Below the pieces are notes generated by a model. It made no database searches and was not told where the DNA came from. It was given only the letters and a program-made list of their open reading frames with translations. Position numbers and translations under genes: made by a program. From Octopus vulgaris (lineage: Eukaryota), in NCBI GenBank assembly GCA_951406725.2, contig OX597821.1, positions 114,452,001 to 114,516,000 of the forward strand: DNA of 64,000 nucleotides. The letters are read 5' to 3'. Below, piece by piece: positions 39,001-52,104 of this stretch (its first letter is position 1; each line of letters opens with the position of its first letter).

Positions 39001-39923
39001 ACCAAATCCACTCACAAGGCATTGGTCAGCCCGAGGCTATAGTAGATGACCCTTGCCCAAGGTGCCACACAGTGGGAATGAACCTGGAACCATGTGGTTC
39101 GTAAGCAAGCTACTTACCACACAGCCACCCCTTAGAAACTTTTTATCTCCGTCTCTAGTTGAATTTTATTCAGTCTGTGTATCTGGTTTACATAGAAAAT
39201 ATGTCACTTTTTCCCTCTCTCTAATTACTACACTATATTTAGTTCTTCATTTTATTTATTTTTTTTCTTAATAAAAGCATCCTCAATGAAACATATGTTG
39301 TTCTAAACAATGAAGACAAAAGGAAAGTGTAGCACATCTTGTGACCCTTTAACCCTTTCAATACTAACCTACCCAAAAGTGCCCTTGTTTCCCTGATAGA
39401 AATTTCTTCTTTTAAAGTGATCTAAATTAAACTCATCAGAATTTCTTAATTTATGTTCTAAAAGTAAATTTGAAGCTTAATTAATGACAAATCTATTTTT
39501 ACTTAGAACCATCTGAGCATGGCCGTCTGCCAGCCTCGTCTGGCACCTGTGTCGGTGGCACATAAAAAAAAAAACACCATCCGAGCGTGGCCGTTCGCCA
39601 GCCTCGTCTGGCACCTGTGTCGGTGGCACATAAAAAGCACCCACTACACTCACGGAGTGGTTGGTGTTAGGAAGGGCATCCAGCTGTAGAAACACTGCCA
39701 GATTTGACTGGCCTGGTGCAGCCTTCGGGCTCCCCAGACCCCAGTTGAACCGTCCAACCCATGCTAGCATGGAAAGCGGACGTTAAACGATGATGATGAA
39801 ACAGAGGCAGAGCATTTCAGTAGCATTATGGGAGCAAAAGTTACAAAAAAAAAAAAAAAAGCTGATAGTAAGGATTCTATTAACATATTTTTTACTTTCT
39901 TTCTTCTGTCCTTCCATATACAG

Positions 39924-40040
39924 TCTTCAACAGCTTTTGAATTTGTAAAACGAGATTTAGCAGAATTCAGCACTGTTATCCAGTCCGACACCAGCAAAGC
40001 TGTTTCAATGACAAGGTCTACCATTTCTGAAAATTTAAAG
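39924..40040 (+). CDS. BSDC1: BSDC1 exon 3 (SSTAFEFVKRDLAEFSTVIQSDT...NLK)
   Basis: TACAG| ... AAG|GTAAGT; EF.KRDL.EF..V.Q.DT motif. Confidence 0.93.
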
Positions 40041-40795
40041 GTAAGTCAATTCCAGTATAATCATATTACAGCTATTTTTATACAAGGAAATATTTCCCTA
40101 TGGCCAGAAATGTTTATGCAGAATATTGGTAATGAACAGCATTCATCATCATCATCATCGTTTAATGTGCATTCTCCATGCTAGCATGGGTTGGACGGTT
40201 CGACTGGGGTCTGGGAAGCCACGAGGCTGCACCAGGCTCCAGTCTGATCTGGCAATGTTTCTACAGCTGGATGCTCTTCCTAACGCCAACCACTCCATGA
40301 GTGTAGTGGGTGCTTTTTATGTGTCACCGGCACAGGGGCCAGAGGAAACTAGCAACAGCCACGATCGGTTGGTGCTTTTTATGTGCCACCGGCACGAGGA
40401 CCACAACTACAATTTCCATTTGATTTTCATTTTGATGTTGATGTATTTGACTCAATAGGCCTCCTCATGTATAACAATTATGCAATGTCAGGATAAGGAG
40501 AAATATCTATACACACACACATATACTATGGACTTCTTTCAGTTTGTGTCTACCAAAGCCACATGCCTCTCAAATACTTCCCTCCACTTAGTTGACGAGG
40601 ATTTTTCTTTTTCTCCTTTGTTTAACCTTTTCCTGTCTTGTAAAGTGGTTGGTGTTAGGACGGTCATCTGGCCATAAAAACAATGCCAAAACAGACATTG
40701 GAGCTCATTGCAATTCTCTCGCTTGCCAGGTCTTGTCAAATCGTCCGACCCATGCCAGTATGGAAAAGCTGCTGTATGTATTATATATCCATTTT

Positions 40796-41170
40796 AGGCT
40801 GGACTGAGATTTAGAGACATATTACTCAAAGCCTTTGATGAAATAGAAGAGGATATAGCTTCACATGATGTAGAAGACAACTGGAGGTTTCTACGGGACA
40901 ACCTGCTCAGGGCCACTGACCAGATCTGTGGATGGTGCAAAGTCCCCTCTCGACCCAAAATAATGTGGTGGTAGAACAATGTTGTTGATAGGGGTATTAG
41001 AGAAAAGAAACGGGCTTGGAAGAATGGTAGTAGCAGGGAATTGTATCAGACTGCCAGAAGGGAAGCTAGGAGACAGGTTTATTTAGCCGGAGGGGAAGCA
41101 GATAAGAAAAAAATTTGCCAATGTTCTGCGCTGTGAGGACCAAAGACTTGAGGTATTTCATGTTGCAAGA
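40796..41170 (+). mobile_element. RTE LINE ORF fragment
   Basis: VEDNWRFLRDNLLRATDQICGWCK...WW*NNVVDRGIREKKRAWK (endonuclease-RT linker), degenerate. Confidence 0.7.
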
Positions 41171-41171
41171 C

Positions 41172-41389
41172 AGCATTCACCAACTTAGACAAAGAGAGCG
41201 TCCAGGAGAGTTGCAGGAGATTGTGGAGGACGTGATTGAAGCCAATGGCGATTTTATTGAATAAATCTTACTTTTTAGTATTTCAAGATATTTTTATGTA
41301 ATTTTGGTAAATACATCTGTTAAAATGAAATGTCCGTGTTATTTTCATTTCTGCTTAATTTAGATGACAGTTTATTCACCGCACCCTGT
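41172..41389 (+). mobile_element. Tc1/mariner transposase C-terminus plus right TIR
   Basis: FTNLDKESVQESCRRL.../DVIEANGDFIE* followed by CACCGCACCCTG. Confidence 0.65.
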
Positions 41390-41734
41390 TTATATGATTA
41401 ATATTTCGCAGAAGCAACAGTGACTCAAGGGCCGATAGTTTCATGCATTAGCACTATATACATACATTCACTTATACAATAAATATATAAACAGCAGGTT
41501 TCTTTCAGTTTCTATCCACCAAATCCACTCACAAGGCTTTGGTTGACCTGTGGTTACAGTTACTTGCCAAAGGTGCCACAGTAAAACTGAAGTCAAGTGA
41601 CCAGGAAGTGAATGCCTTGACCACACAACCTGCATCTATCATAAATTATATGCTGTATATGTTAGGTCTACAATAAAAACTGGGTTATGAGGACAAAACA
41701 CCTGATTGAATAGTATTTGGTTGGGTTTATAGTG

Positions 41735-41915
41735 AAGGTGTGTGGCTTAATGGTTAGGGTGTACAACTTCCAATCCTTAGGTCGTGAGTTCAATTCCTGG
41801 TGGTACATTGTGTCCTTGAGCGAGACACTTTATTTCACATTGCTCCAGTTCACTCAGCTGGTAAAAATGAGTAGTACCTGTAATTCAAAGGGGGCCCAGC
41901 CTTGTCACATTTCTG
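41735..41915 (+). mobile_element. tRNA/CORE-like SINE family D
   Basis: GTGTGGCTTAATGGTTAGG...GAGTTCAATTCC...CACATTGCTCCAGTTCACTCAGCTG; other copies at about 19470, 53966, 55303 and 57167. Confidence 0.75.
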
Positions 41916-42622
41916 TCATCATCGTTGTCGTTTAACATCCACATTCCATGCTGGCAGGGGTTGGGTGGTTTGACTGAGGTCTGGAGAGCCAGAAGGCGGC
42001 ACCAGGCTCAATCTGATCTGGCAAAATTTCTACAGCTGGATGCTCTTCCTAATGCCAACTAGTCCGAGAGTGTAGTGGGTGCTTTTTACGTGCCACTGGC
42101 ATGAGGGCCAGTCAGGTAGTTCTGGCAACGACCATACTCAAAAGATGTTTTTTACGTGCTACCTGCACGGGAGCCAGTCTAGCGCCACTGGCAATGCTAT
42201 TTCACATTGAATCTCTCTAAGAACTACACTGAGGGTATGTATGTCTGTGGAGTACTCAACCACTTGCATGTTCACAAGCCAGCCATTCCATTGAATGGAT
42301 CAACTAGAACCTTTGTTGTCATGATAGACCAAGTGCTATTTGGGTTTTGATAGAAATTTGAGGAAGATAAAACAAGAAATTAAGTTAAAATAAGAATATT
42401 GGTGTTCAACCTCGAGTCAGCTTTGATTAAAAATAAACCAATCCAGCTGTGACCACCTCTTTATATATTTAATTCATTAGATATTACTGCATCCTATTTT
42501 AAGGTAGTAGGGGTTTGGCTGCTATTTCTGGCAGATGGAATGACTCATAAGAAATCCACCAGCACAAAATCAACTTGTTTCAACACTTCTCCTGAATTAT
42601 GTTGTTTTGTTGTATTTTGTAG

Positions 42623-42772
42623 GCTGAAAATGCTGTTGTTGCCAAAAGTAAAATGCAAGAAAGTTTCAGTCACTTTTTGCATGGTATTTCCAAGGCTCTT
42701 GAAGTTGTGGAGTTACCAGAATCTATCAATGGCACAGATGAAACTAAAACTGCTGTATACGACCGAGCACAG
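42623..42772 (+). CDS. BSDC1: BSDC1 exon 4 (AENAVVAKSKMQESFSHFLHGISKAL...VYDRAQ)
   Basis: TGTAG| ... CAG|GTACTA; 150 nt, phase 0-0. Confidence 0.9.
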
Positions 42773-43329
42773 GTACTATTGAGGCTGTTTGTTTCTTTTC
42801 TTTTTTCCACCTTTCAACCATACTCAATTTTTGCAACAGAAGTCTCTACCCACCCTTATCCCCTCATCACCTGCTTCCCATATAATCTTGTACCCCTGCT
42901 CACCTGACCTTGAGAGGACACCTGGACATCTCCTTGCGACTATCCCTTCATAACTCCTACTGATCATTCTCACCTTTTTACTAAAATGTAAATAGCTACA
43001 CGGCTTCTCTACACGAATCTGCTCCTACTCTCATTCATTAACCCCTCATTTTTTAGCATAAAGCTGATCTCCTCCTTCCAGTTTCATAGTCTTGTGAGCT
43101 GCATGGTGACCTCAGTAGGGCTGGTGGCACACAAAAAAAAAACCCATCCAGTCTGTGTTGTAAACTGATTGGTTTTAAGATAATGCAGCCTTAGAAACCA
43201 TGTCAAAGTACACATTGGAACATGGTGCAGCTCTTGCACCCATTGAAATCTGTAAAACCATCCAACTTTTGTCAGCATGGAGCATGGATGTTAAATCATT
43301 TTCATTTTTTTCATTTCATCTAGTTTCAG

Positions 43330-43680
43330 CTCATGCTGGGGCACCACCATTTGGTGTTGCAACATGATTTTACTTCACGAATGCTTTTTAGCAATTGACA
43401 TTTGGTGCATGAGAGAGTTTGATGCAGCTGCCCTCATCTGCACCTCCTGCTGTGATGTTGGTTCATCTGGGACACCTGACAGGAAGAGGTCCAGCTTTAT
43501 TTTGAAGACATTTGCATCCACCCCATGCAGGTCTCTCAGGTCCTTCGGGAGGATATTGAAGAGCTGTGGACCTCTGAAGCCCAGGCTATTGCAGTATCTT
43601 GTCCTACATCTTGATGGCAAATTTGAAGTCCTTGGCACGATGCAGTGGCACCCAGTTCTAGTATTTGTGTAACTCCCGAT
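43330..43680 (-). mobile_element. LINE 3' end (CR1/L2-like RT C-terminus)
   Basis: SLGFRGPQLFNILPKDLRDL....FKIKLDLFLSGVPDEP. Confidence 0.75.
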
Positions 43681-44653
43681 GCCAAGCAGATAGCTCTGCT
43701 TCACATAACTGTTTTCATTCTACTGCTTCAACTGCTCAATGCATCTGAGTAAAACTGTTTATCAGATATTTCTTACTTGCTATCACTAGTCAAACTAAGC
43801 TCTTAGTGACGAGCCCTTCACTTCTGACATTGCTCTTTATTACTCCTTAGTAACCCTTTACAAGGCTGAATGTATCATAGGAGATTCTTCATTGCTGAAT
43901 GGATTACAGTTACCATAACCACCTTTTATAAATCTCTTTTTTTTTAATGAGGTTAACCTTAATGAAATTCTCAAGTAGAATGAGCACGGCACCGTCAGTG
44001 GTAAAGCCAAACCATTAGATTACAGATACAACCCATCTTGGCAGGCTTCTGCACAGTTTCTGGCTACTTAATTTCATTCATGATATTTGGGCTGAGCTGA
44101 GAGTACAGTATAAAATACTTGCTCCAGATGCCCCACAGCAGGACTGAACCCAGCACCTTGTGATTGAGAGGGTATCCTCTCGACCATTCACTCATGCTGT
44201 GTCCACCACACACTCTTGTTAATCAATTGAAACAATTCATTGTTTTTAGAAAATCTTTTATTTGCTTTAGTGGCCATGCTGGAGCAGTGCCGTGAAGGGT
44301 TTAGTTCAACAAAGCCCCATGACTTATTTTTGAAAGTCTAGTATTCTATCAGTTTCTTTTGCTGAACCACTAAGTTACAGGTATGCAAACAAACCAACAC
44401 TGGCTGTCAAACAGTGGGTGGGACAACAAATATCCACACATTATATATATATATATATATATCTTTTACTCTTTTCAGTCATTTGACTGCGGCCATGCTG
44501 GAGCACCGCCTTTAGTCGAGCAAATCGACCCCGGGACTTATTCTTTGTAAGCCCAGTACTTATCCTATCGGTCTCTTTTGCCGAACCGCTAAGTGACGGG
44601 GACGTAAACACACCAGCATCGGTTGTCAAGCAATGCTAGGGGGACAAACACAT

Positions 44654-44714
<61 letters not shown>

Positions 44715-45646
44715 CACATATATATATATATACGACAGGCTTCTTTCAGTTTCTGTCTACCAAATCCACTCACAAGGCATTGGTCGGCCCGGGGCTATAG
44801 CTGAAGACACTTGCCCAAGATGCCACGCTGTGGGACTGAACCCGGAACCATGTGGTTGGTTAGCAAGCTACTTACCACACACATACACACATGCGTGCGT
44901 GGGCTTCCTCAGTTTCCACCTACCAAATTTATTTAAGGCATTGGTCAGCCAGGCACTATAGTAGAAGACTCTTGCCCAAGGTACCACACAGTGGAACTGA
45001 ACACAAAACCTCATGTTTGCTAAGTGAGCTTTTTAACCACATGGCCATGCTGGGGCACCTTTCACCTTTTACTTGTTTCCAGTCATTAGACTGTGGCCAT
45101 GCTGGGACACCACCTTGAATTTTGGTTTTAGGCCTGGTACTTATTCTATCAGTATCTTTTGCTGAACTGCTAAGTTATGGTTGTCAAGAGGTGGGGGGGG
45201 CAAAGACCACATACACACACACACACACACATATGTATAATATATGTATGTAGGAAGAGTTTCCTCCTGCTGAATCCACTCAGAAGGCTTTGGCTTGCCC
45301 AAGATGCTACACTGTGGGACTGAACCCAGAACCACGTGGTTAGGAAGCAAGCACAACCATAGCTGCAGCTACACATCAGTTATTAATATCCTACCAGCTA
45401 AGGTGGTGAGTTGGTTGAATCATTAGTGTGACAACAAACGAAATGCTTAGCAGCATTTCATCTGTCTTTACATTCTGAGTTCAAATTCCACCAAAGGTTG
45501 AGTTTGCTTTCCATCCCTTCAGGGTCGATAAAATAAGTACCATTTGAACGCAGGGGTCAGTGTGATAGACTTGGCCTGTTCCCCCAAAATTGCTGGCTTT
45601 GGGCCAAAATTTGAAATTAGTGTCACTCCAGCTGAGTTGTTGTAGT

Positions 45647-46281
45647 CAGGGCGATGGAGTCGGTGTTGGAAACAATTAATGGGTAGTTGGAGTCGGAGTC
45701 AGTAAAGCTATACTGACTCCAACTCGCAATATCTTTATTCTTCAATATAAACCAGTTATAACATTTAGACCTACTCAAAGTACTTACTTACTTGTACTTG
45801 TGGCGACATTTACCCTGGGCGGGTTGAGTCGGCTTCTTCTATTGGAAGAAGTTTCATGGGAATATGTGGATTTCACAAGTAGTCCTCAACAATACTGCAT
45901 GTAGAGACATCCTGTTTGCCACAGATCGTCCGCAGACGCAGGGACAGAACGACCGAGGACCCGCCGGTTGCTGAAACAGACACTCCGAGGATTTTCACCA
46001 GAGCCCCGTCTGCCGGGTTGTGGACCTAATACCACTTGGTGTCAGACCAATCCGCCTTGGGTGGCCCTACCAGGGGCCGAAGTTCCCGACAGCATAGCTC
46101 TGACACTACTCATTGCCAGCGTCCCCACAACGGTGAGGAGGGGATGGACTTTCGGGATGCACTCAAAGTACAAGCGTATGCTTTGAGATATGTAGACCAC
46201 AATCACTTAATTACATAAAGAGGAGTCGGAGGCGCCATTAGTAGAGGAGTCGCAGTTTTTTGTTCCAACTCCACAGCCCTG
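45647..46281. mobile_element. hAT-type non-autonomous element
   Basis: TIRs CAGGGCGATGGAGTCGG / CCAACTCCACAGCCCTG, 8-bp TSD GTTGTAGT / GTTATAGT, subterminal GGAGTC repeats. Confidence 0.75.
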
Positions 46282-47715
46282 GTTATAGTTGCATCATATT
46301 CATTTTGAATTCCATTTCCACATAACATAATGTCTGTGTATGGTCATTAGACTGTGCTGTTAATGTTTGACCTAGTTTATTTGGCTGAACAAAAATTGTG
46401 ATTCATTCGTCCTGGATGGCTGAGTGGTTAAGGAAGACATTCACTTATAAAACTGTCCTTTTCATGTAAACAAAAATAAATAAAATGAAGCTTATTTTTG
46501 TTTTTTAAACTTTCGTTTGTATTTAAATGTTGCTCTTTGTTAAACTCCAGTAATTTTTACCTTGTACAAATTTTCACCCATTTTCATCTCGAGTTAAATA
46601 TTTGACTTCATACCATGCTGCCATTGTTATGGCGCCTGTAGAAATAGCCACCAAATTCTCCTCAAACCACACCGTTTCTATTTAGAAAGTGTACAGATAC
46701 ATTCTATAGTCTTGGATGCATTACTTAGAAGAAAAAAATTGGTATGGTCATCTTTTCTTTCACTTGCTTCAGTCATTGAACTGTGACCATGTTAGGACTC
46801 TGCCTTGAAGCAAAGGTTTTGATGTCAGCGCCCAGGTTTCCCAAGCAGTCAGCCATCTTAATACTAACTTGGCTTGACTTTGGTGACGAGGCAAGAAACA
46901 TGTTTTTTCAATATAGGTTTGATTAGTTGGAGCTGATTAGGGGCAACAGCATCTTACACTCGATGGTCTGCTTGAGAGGGAGAGAAAGGATACCAAACAG
47001 TAAAAATCTATTTAAAGTAATTAATACAAATCTTTCCTCCCAGATATCGTCCCTCTAGAACTCTTTTCCTGCTCATGTCTTTCTTGTTGGTATTGATATG
47101 CACTAAGGCGGCGAGCTGGCAGAAACATTAGCATGCTGGGCAAAATGCATAGCCGTATTTCGTCTGCCGTTACATTCTGAGTTCAAATTCCGCCGAGGTC
47201 GACTTTGCCTTTCATCCTTTCGGGGTCGATTAAATAAGTACCAATTGCGCACTGGGGGTCGATGTAATCGACTTAATCTGTTTGCCTGTCCTTGTTTGTC
47301 CTCTCTGTGTTTAGCCCCTTGTGGGTAGTAAAGATACTATAACTAAATTATTTTATTCTGAGTTCACATATCTGTTTTTTTTGTGTTTTTTCTTAAGCAT
47401 CTATTATCCACAGGGATGGCTGTATGGTTAAAAAGTTCATTTTGGAACCATGTGCTTTTGGGTTCACTCTGTGGCACCGTGGGCAAGCATTGTGAACTAC
47501 AGCCCTAGGCCCAACCAATTCCTTGCGGGTGAATTTGCTAGGCAGAAACTCTGGGATATTGGGGTTGATTTGCTTGACTAAGCCCTTCAAGGTGGTGCTC
47601 CAGCATGGCTGCTGTCTGGTGACTAAAGCAAGTAAAAGTGAAGTGAATCAGTTACAAAATAGTTCTAAGACAAATTCTCTTGTCCTTCATTTTTATGTAT
47701 TAACTGCTATTTCAG

Positions 47716-47883
47716 GCTCGGCTCCATGCCATTCAAGTTGATCCAGGGACTTACTGCAATCCACCATCCTCAACTGATAAATTTACAGAGTGGCTCAAGA
47801 CTTTTGAATTGGAAAATGAGAAGGGATCAATCTCAGAGCTGCTTGTATCAAATGCTAATATTCGAGCCCTTTATACTAATTTG
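47716..47883 (+). CDS. BSDC1: BSDC1 exon 5 (ARLHAIQVDPGTYCNPP...WLKTFELENEKGSISELLVSNANIRALYTNL), start of the BSD domain
   Basis: TTTCAG| ... TTG|GTAAGC; absent from the ORF track. Q.DP.TYCN.P and ISELL...IRALYT motifs. Confidence 0.95.
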
Positions 47884-48017
47884 GTAAGCATTCATAATAA
47901 TATTATTTTAATAATTTTTGCTCTAAAACAAAAATTAATCTAATAGCTTGTCTTCATTTCTTCATCAGTTCCCCATTCATCAGGTAATGCTGAAATATGA
48001 TATTCCATTAACATAAT

Positions 48018-48539
48018 ACAGTTCTATATTTAAGAGATGAGGAATTATGTCCTTTATTTACATTTGACGGATATTTGTCCTCGTTTGTTGTTAACACAAC
48101 CTCTTGGCTGATATACCCTCCAGCCTTCATCAGGTGTCTTGGAATTTTGAACCTGGGTTCTCATTCCTAAGGTATTTTTCTATATTATTATTATTTATTA
48201 TTATTCAGGTCACTGCCTGGAATCGGACTTGGATTCTTGGGGTTAGTAGCCTGCGCTCTTAACCACTATGCCATATGCCCTTGTTTGGTTGATGTTTTTA
48301 ATACATTCACGGGCATATTGCAAAGTGGTTAAGAGCACGGGCTACTAACCCCAAGATTCCGAGTTCGATTCCAGGCAATGACCTGAATAATAACAACATC
48401 GAAAAATATCTTAGAAACGAGAACCCAGGTTCAAAATTCCCCCAGGACACCTGATGAAGGCTGGAGAGCACATCAGCTAAAACGTTATGTTAATAAACAA
48501 GATGAAGACAAATATCTATCAAATGTAAATAATGTACAT
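48018..48539. mobile_element. Head-to-head inverted dimer of a tRNA-headed, hammerhead-core repeat
   Basis: Arms 48047-48280 and 48311-48539, 30-nt spacer, flanking direct repeat CATTAACATA (48006-48015, 48537-48546). Confidence 0.8.
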
Positions 48540-48808
48540 TAACATAGTTTGATAAATTTGTTTTTATACTATATTTTAGTATACTAATTACAATAATATA
48601 TTTGTGTATGCAGGATCCTACATTTTCCCCAACAAAACCACTTGAAAACATCAAGTACAAAGTCTAAGATCAAACATTCTAGATTTGTTTTTGCCACAAA
48701 ATCTCTCTTTCTAAAACACGGAATCAGCTTATGCGAGAGCATATCTTATTTACCAGTAAATGCAGTATTTGATTTAATCATTCCCTTTCTCTTTTTCTTT
48801 TTCCTCAG

Positions 48809-48950
48809 GTTCCCACAACTGTCTCTCACACGGAATTTTGGCATCGTTATTTCTACAAAATCCATCAACTACAACAAGATGAAGCCAGGAAGCTAGCTTT
48901 AATGAAAAGAGCCGATGAATGCAAAGATGATGCGTTTTCTTGGGATGATG
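48809..48950 (+). CDS. BSDC1: BSDC1 exon 6 (VPTTVSHTEFWHRYFYKIHQLQQDEARK...FSWDD), BSD domain core
   Basis: CCTCAG| ... G|GTGTGA; the VP..VS..EFW.RYF BSD signature. Confidence 0.96.
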
Positions 48951-51417
48951 GTGTGAAACAGTCCAGTTTTTCTTTAATCAGAATCTTATCTATGTCCATG
49001 AATCTTTGAGTTAAAGTGCTTAATGAGTTCTTTTCAATCGTTCATCACTTCCTATAAATTTTCTAAATGTTTTCTCAAATCTAATTGTTGTTTAGCCCTC
49101 CCCTCATCGACCCTGATCAAGCAGATTTATGACGAAAAGCATTGCAGTCCTGACCATTCCATCTGTTTACGAGTGTCTGACGTATGTGTCCTCCCTTTTT
49201 TGTTTGTTTTTTACCAAAAAAAAACCCAGTGGGATGTTGAGGGAAATTTGGCTGCTATTCCTAGCAGGTTGAGCAACTATGTAGAGGTTCCTTTTCCGGT
49301 TCATTCTCTAATCCAGTTTGAGTAATTCTCCCTATTTTTATTTTTAAAAAAGTCTTCTACTCATCTCTATTCTTCCAGTTTTCTCAATAACCTTTCTCCC
49401 GTCTCTCATTCCTACTTAAATAACCCTCAAATCTTCTCACATTTCTTTTTATTCAATTCTATTTTAATCTACCTGACTTCCAATGTTTCTTTAATATCTA
49501 CTATCTGCTAATATATATATACTTAATATACATATATATGGTACTTAAAAGGCACCATCCGAGCGTGATCGGTGCCAGAGTGGCTATCTGGCCTCCGTGC
49601 CGGTGGCACATAAAAGTCACCATTCAAGCATGGTCGTTACTAGCATCACCTTACTGGCACCTGTGCCGGTGGCATGTGTAAAAGATTCGAGCGAGGTTGT
49701 TGCCAGTACCACCTGACTGGCCCCGTGCCGGTGGCATGTAAAAAGCCCCCACTACACTCTCGAAGTGGTTCGCATTAGGAAAGGCATCAAGCTGTAGAAA
49801 CTCTGCCAGATCAAGATTGAAGCCTGGTGCAGCCATCTGGTTCACCAGTTCTGTCATTCGTCCAACCCATGCTATCATGGAAAGCAGATGTTAAATGATG
49901 ATGATATATACATCTAACAAACTGGGGAAAAGAAATCCTTCAAAGGGGTGTGTTAAACATCCAATTCCCTGGTACTTCAATTGGATACCATATAAATATT
50001 GGTATAATTTATTTATATTACAATATTGTAATATAAATAAATTGAATGTCAATAGCATATCTCTATATTTAATTTATCTTTATATATATAAAATTCTTTA
50101 TTTGGTGAATTAAGGCTACCATTGGTTTCATGTTAAGAAGTGTAGAATATCCAAGTACTTTAACAATTTTTCAAGCCAAAAGTATTCACCTCCAAAAAGG
50201 TACTTGGATATTTTCCTCCTTTTCTTAACATGAAACCAATGGGTGCCTTAATTCACAAATAAAGAAATTATTTATCCACCAATGCACCAATTCTTCATTT
50301 ACGTACATACACACACACACACACACACATGCATGTAGTAATGCTTCATTTTACGAGACGCTAGGCTTACAAATTTTCGCTTTCTGACCGTCCTCCGGGA
50401 ATGAATTGACTCGTATATCAAGGCATCACTATATTCTTTTACTTGTTTCAGTCATTTGACTGTGGCCATGCTGGAGCACTGCTTTTAGTCAAATAGATTG
50501 AACCCCCAGGACTTATTCTTTGTAAGCCTAGTACTTATTCTAGCAGCCTCTATTGCCGAACCACTAAGTTACAGGGACATAAACACACCAACATTGGTTG
50601 TCAAGCAATGGTGGGGAGACAGACATGGACACACAAATATATACATACGCACATATACGACAAGCTTCTTTCAGTTTCCATTTACCAAATCCACTCACAA
50701 GGATTTGGTCGTCCCGAAGCTATAGCAGAAGACACTTGCCCAAGGTACCATGGAACTGAACCTGGAACCATGTGGTTGTTGAGCAAGCTTCTTACCACAC
50801 AGCCATGCCTGTATATATGACCAGAGAATAGCAATTAGATAATCAACTTCATTGGCTTACAGCTGTTTCTGCTATAAGAAGCAGTGCACTCACAGTTGAG
50901 TGATTGCACATCTAACTTCTTCAGAGATTTTAAAATATGGTGTATGTTTATTTCAGGAAGCATTTAAGTACATAAGGATTACCCTTGAAACGATAAATTT
51001 ACATAAATAATGCAATACAATTTGAAAAAGAAATTATTCCCAAAAATATGTAGATTTAGATAATCATTTGTATTTAGTCACATAACGAATAGTGAACATA
51101 TGTAACTTCATATGCATAGAAATACATTAATGTACATTTTAACAGTTGCACATACTGGTTCCACGTAAAAAACATTGGTGACGGTGCCGCGCCAAAGGTG
51201 CTGGTGACGGTGCCGCGCCAAAGGTGCTGGTGACGGTGCCACATAGAAAGCACCTAGTACACTACGTAAAGTGGTTGGTGTTAGGAAAGCCATTCAACTG
51301 TAGAAACCAAGCCAAAATAGGCAAAGGGACCTGGTGTAGCTCCTGGCCTTGCCAGCCCCTGTCAAGCCATCCAACCCATGCCAGTGAGGAAAACAGAGGT
51401 TAAATGATGACACAAAT

Positions 51418-51463
<46 letters not shown>

Positions 51464-52104
51464 TATACACATACACTCATGGAGTGGTTGGCGTTAGGCA
51501 GGGCATCCAACTGTAGAAACACTGCCTGATCAGACTGGAGCCTGGTGCAGCCTTCTGGCTTCCTAGACCCTGGTTGAACCATCCAACCCATGCTAGCATG
51601 GAAAACGGATGATAAACGATGATGATGATATACACACGCTAAACGATGATGATACATACATACACACTGTAACTAATCCCATAAAACTGTTTCTCTCTTC
51701 GCTTCTTTTGTTTTCTAGATCTTTCTATTAACATTAGTTCTAACTGTATCCATGCTGAGCATGGATGGGGTGGATTGATTCTACAGATTTGGATATCTGA
51801 ATATGGATTGTTTGTGAAATGATTTTTGATAGCCAGGTACTCTTATTGTTCAGCTGTGGAGTAGGAGAGATTCCTGTTTTTCTCAGAGTAAAAGCATTGA
51901 CGTATTGGCTGTAACAAGGTTGATGCTCTTGGTTTTACTCTCAGTTCCGCATTTAATCCTTGGCCGAGAACTCAATGACTAAATGTGATTAACTTCATGA
52001 GTGGTTTTTGTGTTAAAAGATTATACCATTGAAATGTAATTGAAAATATTGCTGTAAGAAAGAATTCCTGTTATCTGGAAATTGACTTCTGTGTTGCATA
52101 TTAA

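Noticed and set aside
48311-48385. tRNA gene (also the heads at 12582, 23587, 41735, 53966)
   Set aside because: A/B boxes are present, but there is no proper acceptor stem and each is fused to a repeat body, so these are SINE heads.
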